NCBI GenBank assembly: GCA_964035545.1
Contig: OZ037772.1
Coordinates: 434,001 to 498,000, forward strand
DNA length: 64,000 bases
From: Bugula neritina
Lineage: Eukaryota; Animalia; Bryozoa
Reading direction: 5' to 3'
Shown here: one piece after another, positions 54,030-64,000 of the stretch
Layout of the letters: every line of letters starts with the position of its first letter
How positions within the stretch are numbered: the stretch's first letter is position 1
The notes under the pieces: model-generated
Databases searched by the model: none
Seen by the model: only the letters and a program-made list of their open reading frames with translations
What the model was told of the DNA's origin: nothing
Translations under genes and position numbers: made by a program

Positions 54030-56814
54030 TCCACCATGTTTTTACTAGAAGTAAACTTTAATTCGGTAATAAGTTTAAAATAAATTGATTTTTCCTATTT
54101 TGCTGTTTATTGTTGCCTGAGTATTGTAATGAGAATATTAGCTTCACAATACCAGTGCAGCGATGTGATTGGTTTGACAATATCAATGCAGCGATGTGAT
54201 TGGCTTGACAGTATCAGAGTAGTGATGTGATTGGCTACTCTGTTCTGTTCTGCAGGGCCATGCCTACTTGTATTATGTGTTAATCTTGTTTTGCAGTGAA
54301 CAGAAAGGGATAATGGATCCTAAAAGACACCCAGGATCTTACAGAACTGATGGAGAGGAAGGGTTCACCCGATGTTGATGGCCTGCCTGCTATATCCGGC
54401 AATCCTGGAGATGCAGGAGAAAGGAGACCACCTGGTTTCTCAGGAGATACCGGACTTTTTGGAGAACCAGGTGATGTTTATGCTCAATTGAGTTTAATCT
54501 GTCAAGTTATGTTGGGATCTTTTTCGTTTTCATTATTTTATGTTTGTTATGTGGAAAAGGGGAAAACTCTATCTCGAAGCATTTTTGTTTTTTCAGAGAG
54601 CTTTGGATTATTTGATTATGGTCTACACAGGGGTGTAGACAAACTAAACTAGACAGGGGTGTAGACAGACTAAACTTACTACGAACTTATAACTACCCTG
54701 CGTCATGCTGTCATGAGGTCTCTATTCTCTCTTATAATTTGACTTTTATTTAGCGAGCAGATTTCAAGTGGGCTATTCTATAGTGACCAGTCACACTGTT
54801 TATTATAGCAACAGAGAAATCAAGTTGAAAACTAGTTGCACCTGTTGTGATGCTATCACTGGGTGCTTACCGGTAGAGACGGAGTACCTGGACCTGTTGA
54901 GATAGGATATCAGGGTAAACAAGGAGATCAAGGTCCTGCAGCTAAGAATTCGGAGTTAATCACTATTGTTTGTGTATTTCTATTCTTTTTAGGTATTCTA
55001 TAATATGCTGGGGTTGTCAGATTGATCTAGTGGAGTTACCTCCTCTTAAGTGAAAGATACTTTAATATTATAATTTGCTCATCAATCTGACTGATTAAAG
55101 CTACTGCTGTCAAAAAACAAGATTGTTGCAGTCTAAAAATTAACGCCAGCTATAAACTATACGCAGCAAATCTTTTAGCTTGGAGTAAATTGACCAATCT
55201 TTGATAATCAATTTTAATTTTTTAGCTTTTATAGTATGGATGTTGATGAGTGTTGCTATAGTAACATGTTGGTTTCCTGTATGGATTGTAGTTTGAGTAT
55301 CAGGCAAAGTTTTCCCGATTCAACTTCCTTCGAATTCACTCTGAGAGAGCAAAGCAAACCCTGACTCACAGGTAATAGTCACTGCTAGCAGCTTATCAAA
55401 TAGTCACTAGTTGCTAGTCACCAGATATTAGTCCTCTACTATGTTGCTAGTCACTTGATAATCTGAACAATCACTGGCTTCTTCTTAAGCTGAGTGAGTT
55501 GTTGGTATGACTGTTCCTTTTGCTGATTGTAGATGTATAAACTCAGTGGCAGTACAAGATGCATGCGAAAGGAAGAATAAGTCAGTCATTTTATATACAG
55601 CTGGTGATAAAGAATACACAGCGACAGATAGCAGGTCCCAATATTCCGTGCTGCAGGATTTTTACAAGGTATCTAAATCTGACCTATATACTGTAAATCT
55701 GACCTATATAGTGTAAATCTGACCTATAAAGTGTAAATCTGACCTATATAGTGTAAACCTGACCTATATAGCATAAATTCGACCTGCACTTGAACATGAT
55801 TGCGATAGTTGCATTTTTTTTATATTGATATACAATATAGCTTGCCTTTGAGGCTTTTTAACAACTACTCATGAGTTCAACCCAAAAGCCACTTTGATTT
55901 CTGTGCAAGTTTAGAGTTTTGAGTTTGCCGTCTGCCATTTTGTAGTATTCCAAATACCATCAGAAGCTCTGACAGTGATTGAGATTGACACCAAGACCCC
56001 CACCCACTTGCATATTAATGACATTGCTCCTGGTGACATCAGGACCACCCACAAAGAGTTTGGGGTTCAGCTTGGAGAAGTCTGCTTTTCATAGACTCAT
56101 ATCTAACAACAGTTTTATTTGTCTGATTTGTAAGACTGTTCCTGATTAGATAATTAGTGGCCAATCAGAGAATGCAATCAATGTTTGGTTGGCTGAGACC
56201 AGCAGTCTGATTTTTATATAACCTAATTTTAAATGAAAGATTTGATTACTCTAAATAAATTTATCTGAGACTTCCAAGGCAGTGATGGTGATTTTTGTAC
56301 ATATAAATTTGAAGGAGTTTAGCTATAGAGTTTATGCTGTTTTTTTAATTATTCCACCATAACCTGAGATTGTGAGTAGTAATTCTAGAATGAGATAGGG
56401 AGGGTGTTATGCCCCTCCCTGTGATTTTATATATTTAGAAATTGTTGTTGATTTAGTAATTCTGTTGGTGCTACATTTTTGAATTAATTTAATCCAATCA
56501 TTTCTTTAATATTGCAAAATATATTTTACCATACAGCACTACACAATTTATTTCTCAGCTTGTAAATTTCACCATCAAAATTATTATAGTACTAAAGTTG
56601 GTCACAGATTTCTGATAAGCTGCAGTTTTCAGATCTGATTATTTATCCTATTCATCCTGAAATGAGACATTGTTAGTTTAAAATGGAATTTTACATATAT
56701 TTTAGTTACTTAGTTCCAACTGTGTTGACCATATGAACATTTTAAATTTTACTTTGGCTGCTATGAAGTATATAAGCAAATGGCATTAAGTTATTAATAT
56801 ATAATAAGGTTTGC

Positions 56815-57142
56815 AAAGACTTAATATACCAAGCAACTGTGACAAGACATGCCAATAACTCCAGCCAATCATACATAGGACTTTGTTCAACTACCTTCAA
56901 AGCCAGACTCAGCAACCATAAAGCCTCTTTCCTACATGCAGATAAAGCCAACAACACACAACTCAGCAGACACATCCGGGATTTAGAACAAAAACAACAC
57001 GAAATTCAGCCTAAAATGGATCATTTTAAAAATTTGTAAATCATACTCAAAACCTAATCAACAGATGTAACTTATGTAGCTATGACAAATATGTAATTTT
57101 GAAACAACCGGAGTTATCCACTCTCAACAAACGCAACGAGCG
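56815..57142 (+). mobile_element. Penelope-like GIY-YIG fragment related to family B
   Basis: LIYQATVTRH..SYIGLCSTTFKARLSNHK..TQLSRHI; RCNLC..STLNKRNE. Frameshifted. Confidence 0.82.
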
Positions 57143-57342
57143 AAGTGTGAGAATTCCATGCTAGTGACCTGCCACACACAGTGCGTGTGTTGCGAGTGCA
57201 AAATATTATTAGCAAATGATGTTAGCGTTAAACTTTACTGCTCGCCTACAGACGTTTGTTTTTAAACAGCGTCACCGGGCAAAGTAATTTGGATATTATA
57301 AAAGCGGAAATGTAAAATATATAAAACTGTTTTAATTCAGCT

Positions 57343-57830
57343 CAGTATATTATGTCATACAGCATATTATGTTATACAGTATATTATGTTATACAGTATA
57401 TTATGTTATAGAGTATATACTATGTTATACAGTATACTCTGTTATACAGCATATTATGTTATACAGTATATTATGTTATACAGTATATTATGTTATACAA
57501 TATATTGTGTTATAATACAGTGTATAATGTTATACAGTATATTACGCTATACAGCATATTATGTTATACAGTATACTATGTTATACAGTATATTATGTTA
57601 TACAGTATATACTATGTTATACAGTATACTCTGTTATACAGTATAATTATTATGTTATACAGTATACTCTGTTATACAGTATACTATGTTATACAGTATA
57701 TACTATGTTATACAGTATACTATGTTATACAGTATATTATGCTATACAGTATACTATGTTATACAGTATACTATGTTATACAGTATATTATGTTATACAG
57801 TATATTATGTTATACAGTATACTGTATACT
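57343..57830. repeat. About 17-bp minisatellite (TATGTTATACAGTATAT)
   Basis: Seen directly; explains ORFs at 57386-57915. Confidence 0.95.
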
Positions 57831-58639
57831 GTCATTGAGCTGGTTTACAGTGAAGGATGATTTGCTGAATTTTGTGTTTTTATATAAGATAGGATTCCTT
57901 CAATTAATATGCTAATGGTTAGGAATCAGCAAATAAACTGCCTTGACCTGCAAAGTGACCTACAATGTGCAGCTTGTCAAAACCCAAGTCAAACTTAAGC
58001 AAGCTGCAGCACAAATTCACCAGCTTCAGCCATAATATTAATAATTGAACTGCTTTGTGCTTTTTACATGCATAATATAATAATCATAATCTTATTATTA
58101 TAATCAAATATACTAGAACAAATATAGACTTCTATTGTATATTATGCCTATCATTCATAAATTGCACTTTTAGAAAAAGGGGAACTTAATAGTAAACAGT
58201 TATGGAAGGGGAGATGATATGGCATGAAAAAGGTTTGGAACCACTGAGCTAAACGAACCACCATACCTCTACCATAGCATCACATCCCTCTGCCATCTTG
58301 ATTGCAGCCTGCCAATTAAGAAAATTCAGGATTAACCAGAGATTCAGTGATGTCGCTGAATATGCTAGTACTAAACAGCTCAACTTAAACAAAATAAATA
58401 TATTTTACATAATGAAAGTACAAACAAAAAGATGCAAGTGCTAGCTGACACTCAAGACTACTGATAAGAGACAAATTTCTTGTAGATATTTTGCTACTAT
58501 AGAGGACATTGACGTTATCGGTATATTTGTAATTTGAAAATATACATTCTAAATTAGCTCAATTGAAAAATATGTACACTTCCTGCCCTGGATAATTTTT
58601 TAGATTTCAACCTAAGAGTTGTCTATCTTCGACACAATA

Positions 58640-58905
58640 TAGCGATCGGCTCACTGAATGCAACATTTCTTTCACGTGATTATTATAGAGCTTTGTATCG
58701 ACCTTTGTAGTCGAGTGACGTGTAATAATCCTTCTGCGCGCAGAACTTCCTCGTTATTTTGGTTTTATTGTGCCTCATCTAAGTTACTACTTACTAGTAA
58801 TAAATACTAGTTACCAAGTTTCTTACCAGTTTACAGACTGACACTATTGACTCTCGTGAGGTGAGAACAGTTTGAGTTATCTCATCATTTCTCAAATTAA
58901 TCAGG
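58640..58905 (+). promoter_or_regulatory. Probable promoter and non-coding first exon of the TRIM-like gene
   Basis: Local CpG enrichment (CACGTG, TGACGT, GCGCGC), then an exon-like block ending ATCAG|GTAC that is duplicated at about 59441-59560. Confidence 0.4.
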
Positions 58906-61289
58906 TACCCGTACTTTAATACTTGCAGTTAGATTTACTATTTTACTTTTAGTTTTAGTATTTACTATTTAAGTATTTTAGTATTTAGTATTTTACTATT
59001 TTAATTCTAGATTTACTTTTACTTTTAGTTTTAGTTTTACTTTTAGCCTTTAGGCTTTAGGTTTAAGTCTAGGCTTATAACTTATATAATATCAATATAG
59101 GATTAAGCTTAAGACTACGTTATATTTAAATTATAAGTTATATAAATTAAAATTCTTACAGTTAATGTTATAATGTTAATTAAATATAATTGTTTCTCTT
59201 TCAGTCTTTGATTTGAAATTTACAATAGACATAGTAATACCATAGCTCATAGGCATATGATCTATAATTAATTAATTATAATGATTTATCGAGTAATATA
59301 AATATGAATATCGTATTAATAATACTAAATTTATTATTATTATAAAAAATTTAATCGACTTCAAGTTTAGGTTCAAGTTTTAATACTAAAAAAAATTGAT
59401 CTACTAGTAGTAGTACTAGTACTACTACTACTACTATTCATATTGTGCCTCATCTCAGTTACTAGTTACCAAGTGTCCGACCAGTTTACTGACTAACACT
59501 ATTGACTCTCGTGAGGTGAGAGCATTTTGAGTCATCTCATCATTTCTCAAATTAATCAGGTACTTTACTACTTACAGTTTCCGTTAGATTTACTAATTAC
59601 TTTGTCTTTTAGACTAAGAGTACTACAATATGACTATGAGTATGACTATGAGTATAGACTATAGTGTATACTATTACTATTAGTATTAGTATTAGTATTA
59701 GTATTACTATTATAATTTGTATTGTTGTATGAGTAATTAGTATTATCTTCTTTCACTCATTGCACTACATTTACTATAAGTATAAGTATAATTATAACTA
59801 TAAACTTAAAGTGTAAGTTACTATATTAATATTACTGCACTACTATAACTGTCAGTATTACTTTTAGCGTTACAGTTGGTCTTACTGCCAGTGCCAGGTC
59901 TGCTACCAACATCATTAAATTTATTTATAATGATAATATTGCCATTGGTGATTATCACACAATATTATTGATTATCGACATAGCTCGACTTTGTTAAGTC
60001 AATATTTAACAAGTTGGTTTTATAATACTAATATCAATAGGTTTATTATAACCAGTGAGTCGCTTATTTTTACTTTGTGAATTTATGATTGTAGCATTTT
60101 CATACTTATAATATTTATTGCAAATTTTTGAATTAATGTTACACTTACTCAATTTGAATATCAGAATATCTTACCACTGGCACTAGTCAGTTATTAATTA
60201 ATGACAGTGCATAGTGATCACTGCATGTGATACATTGTCATACCCTGCACATCCCAATGCACTGCCCTTCTGGATTCATTGTGAATAGCGTATTCGGTTG
60301 GCTTATATTATTTTACTCAGCTTTGATTATACAACTAACACGTACTGCACTGCTCTAATTTATGTAACAATGCTTGCTAGTTGCTGCTATCTTTACCTCT
60401 ATATTTCTGTCATTCAAAAACTAACATAATTACATAATAGGTACATAATTGGAATTTGACTATTCTATAAATTACTGAGAATATATGGTTAGCCACATTT
60501 ATATGATGTACTCTTGTTGTAGACATAAAATATGAGGTTAGTGTTAATAAATCATTTGCTAGGTAAGAGTGTAGAATAAATAATTGACTAGAGATGAGTG
60601 TAGAAGCTGCCAACTCATGAAACAACTACACCTGATCTAACAGAAGCACAAACATGTTAAATTAGTTTGTTTCACACCACCATAGTTTCTATTAGATGAT
60701 TAGAATAGCAAACTAGCCGTTGATGGCATGTTTCCTGGCTGGTCGAAGGATTAGCCAATGCATCACCAATATTCCAGAGATGTTAAAATAAGTTTTTTAA
60801 TTTAGATTATTAAGATAACAAATAATTTTTAACACCCAGCACAAAATATTTTATGAGACTATGTTTTCTCCCACTGCTATGTTTCCCCCTGTTTTGTGTC
60901 TTAGCGTGAGCCCACTCTACATATTAGAAACACTTGATTAGTGATGTTCAATAGAAGTAGAATAATAGTGTTCACTGAAGCACACAACATTGCTTCATAT
61001 TTACTGTATGTGGAGTTTGAGTCACCAGCAATAAACTATTCAGTGATTACAATGGAAACAATACAGCCTTTGTTAGAGAGTTAAAGCTGTGAGCTCAGCA
61101 TGTTGTAGCTGGCTATCATGTATACCAGTGTTATTAACTGCCTTTGTTTAACATTATTTTTCACTTTATTTTGTATGGTTTGTTGTTAATGGTTAAGTCT
61201 TTGATTTGGAAACCTTCACAGATGTGGTGTGAAATATTATGCTAAGAGTATGTGCATCTTTTACAGGATTTCCTTATTATATAACCAAG

Positions 61290-63890
61290 ATGGCAGAATC
61301 CAGAGTCGTGAAAAAGAGACTCAACAATTCGTATCGCTGTGGGTACTGCTCGCAGTACTTCAACAAACTTGAAGATCCCAGAACTCTGCCCTGTCTGCAT
61401 GTGTACTGCATGAGATGTTTGAAGACTGACATAGGTGGTAGGAAGGATCATATTAGATGTGCTTATTGTAGGTGAGTTACAGTACATAACACAATATATC
61501 ATGTCATAGGCTTGCGTATGATTTTCTCACTATCATCTAGGAGTTGTCTGATCTGTGTCTATGAAAAGCAAACAATACTGTATATTCTATGTGAACTCTG
61601 GTTACTAACTTGTGGAGTGTGTGGATATCTTTTCATCAGGTAGAGAAAGTAACTGTTATGTAGATTGCACCATCAGCTGTCCTCTCTTGTTGATTTGTGG
61701 TGCCGTTGGATGTCATGGGAGTCAGGTTGTCTCCCCATTATATTATTTTGTTCTCGTACAGTACAATACTTGTTAGAGCAGTGGTTCCCAACCTTGTTCA
61801 TACCATTCCCACTTTTATACATGTTTACTATTAAGTCCCCTCCATTTCGTCAATCGGAAATTTTTATGACTGTCATAATGATAATATAGATTACTATGCA
61901 ATATTTTTCCTATTACATTTGAATATAATATAATTATTTCTGATAATTATATTATGCATGTGTAAAACACAGAGCAGTTCAATTATTAATATTATGGCTG
62001 CAGCTGATGATATTGTACCAGCTTGCTTTCAAACCTTCCACCCCAACCCCTAAACCCCAACCCCAATATTGTAATTAAAAACACATTCATGTAGAAGTAG
62101 ACTGAGATGGCAGAACTGGTTAAATAGATAAGCTAAGATGAATGCTTATAGATATACATGTACATGTAACTTGCAAGAGCTCAAAAGTCTTCAACAAACT
62201 GCTTGAAATTTTCAAAATCGAAATCCAGGCTCCCCCTAAAATGCCCAAATTCCCTCTTATAGGGGGATTCTCCCAGGTTGGGAACCACTGTGTTGAATTG
62301 ACTTGTGTTTACTATCTTCTTTCCTGTGATTAGAAACATGTATGATGTTGTCATGACAACAGAGTTGCTGTGGCACAAAGTACAGTTTACTAGTATGTAG
62401 TGATTGTGTAGTGAGAGTGGAGTGTCTGGTTATTGTCCCTGGTTATGTGTAATCTGTAAGGAGTAGAATTATATTATTTTAATATAATGTTTAGAAAGGT
62501 ACTTTTATAATGGCAGTTTGCTCAATAGCTTTAGTTCTATTGCGATAGACTCATAGCTCTGGAGTCTAGCAGCTGTTACTATTACCACTAGCTGTTCAAA
62601 ATTCTGCCAACATCCGGGCTGCCAAAGCATAATAGCCATTGACAAGGCCAAGCAGTCACTAGGAAATTATTTGACTAAAGAGCAGGTCTTATGACAATTA
62701 GTAGTCAGTCCCTTAGACAGGAATCAGTGATTCTGTGACCTATTTAGTTAAATCCAATGCTGACCTTTTGATTGATTATTAGATAGCCATCACAATTTTA
62801 TTTGGTACAATATAATATTATGGGGTGTCAATCAGTGTCTAATATAGTCTGTGAATTGAGTGTCTCCTTTAGCTTTGATGAGTTGATTACTTCTTCTACC
62901 ATCAGTCAGTTGTATTGAGTGTTACTTTGTATTGAGTCATGAATAGTGTTGAAGATTTGGGCCTATATTATGCCAACCCCCCCCCTCTGACTTAGACTGA
63001 GACCCAACCTGCTGCACATACATAGTAGTACTACACTGAAGATAGTTAACATGTGTATATATCATATACATATATATATATATATATAACATAATTATAT
63101 ATATACATGCATATATCATCCTACTAGTAATGGATTACTAAGTACAAGTTATCCTATGACTCACTCTTCTTATGCTAGCTGCACGAGATAGACAACACTC
63201 ACACGTGACACGAACTCACAGTGCACTAGCTCTTGACACATTGCCAAGGATGATGAAATGACAGTTTCGCGCCACTCCTAGCAGTTAGAGTGGCAGGGAA
63301 TAGTTGTAGTATGTTGTAGTATTGGATCCTCAGAATTCACTCCTCAGTAATTAGTTGCATTGCACAAACTTGCAACAATAGTGAATAATTATTGACAATA
63401 TGGCCTCCACTTAGTAGTAAACTAGTAATTTATCTATCATTTTACAATACAAGTTACAGTTGAGTCTATTTGTTGAGTAGCAGTTCTTTGTCATGAGTGA
63501 CTATTTTCCAGCATATTAGTACATAATATAGTCAAGTGTGTTTTTGTGATAGCCTGTGGTCTATATAATGAATGTGTGTTGATGAGTGATGAGTATTTAT
63601 TTGAGTATTTGTCAAGGACACAGCTGTGTGTGTGGATGGAGTATTTCATTACTTGAGATATACTAAACACAGCTAACACAGATAACATACTGATTGCTAT
63701 ATATTGTAGGAAAGATCACTATGACATCACAGATCCCACAACACTACCAGTAGCTCAGCATGGAGACCCCTTAGAATACAAGTCTCCACCCAAACCTGCA
63801 CCCATTCCCTGCGATGTGTGTAAAGGTGGAACACAAGCTGCTGTGTTTTGTCTTGAGAGTCAAAAAAAGTTGTGTCAGCAGCATCAAGAA
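61290..63890 (+). CDS. RING finger/B-box (TRIM-like) protein, first two coding exons (61290-61471, 63710-63890); may be a pseudogene
   Basis: C3HC4 RING: CGYC..PRTLPCLHVYCMRCL..CAYCR. Phase-2 splice in frame to a B-box-like CDVC..AAVFCLESQKKLCQQH. The next apparent exon (63953-) reaches TGA after 7 codons. Confidence 0.8.
61779..62290. mobile_element. hAT/Charlie-type MITE
   Basis: Perfect 16-bp TIR CAGTGGTTCCCAACCT/AGGTTGGGAACCACTG; flanks TGTTAGAG and TGTTGAAT match only partly. Confidence 0.85.
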
Positions 63891-64000
63891 GTGAGTCTTT
63901 CTTATATAATTTCTCAAGATTAGTTACTAAACCAGTTCTGGTTTGTATGTAGAATATTATTGAAAAGAAATGTTGAGCCTGTGTGACTTTTTATACTAAA

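Larger units (their letters stand above)
50631..56094 (+). pseudogene. Fibrillar collagen degenerate copy 2, internally deleted
   Basis: Gly-X-Y exons at about 50631-50790, 54297-54470 and 54872-54942. COLFI exons at about 55291-55371, 55533-55667 and 55946-56094. Lacks the equivalent of about 1905-4860. Confidence 0.85.

Noticed and set aside
57386-57915. Tyr/Ile-rich ORFs
   Set aside because: Minisatellite translations.

Overview
AT-rich, intron-containing animal (invertebrate-like) DNA; the species cannot be determined from the sequence. The window is mostly a mosaic of decayed gene copies and mobile elements. Gene remnants: two degenerate copies of the 3' part of a fibrillar collagen gene (about 1.0-5.8 kb and 50.6-56.1 kb, a segmental duplication whose copies show each other's empty insertion sites); a minus-strand coiled-coil pseudogene ending in a divergent PACT-like (pericentrin/AKAP9) domain (12-19 kb); a motor-less KIF14-like pseudogene (38-47.6 kb); an intronless SPOP fragment; Cys-rich exons; and the start of a RING/B-box (TRIM-like) gene at the right edge. 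Mobile DNA: a 5.3-kb Kolobok-like element (TTAA TSD, KolX remnant); a 2.56-kb CAC...GTG TIR element with a 2-bp TSD; hAT-type MITEs; Ty3/Gypsy gag remnants; a DUF4806-like transposon remnant; and a cluster of Penelope-like elements from two families at (TA)n tracts. That cluster carries four minimal type-I hammerhead ribozyme motifs, two of them in tandem 892 nt apart on the same strand. All protein identifications come from manual translation and remembered motifs, with no database search. Coordinates marked approximate are within tens of bp.
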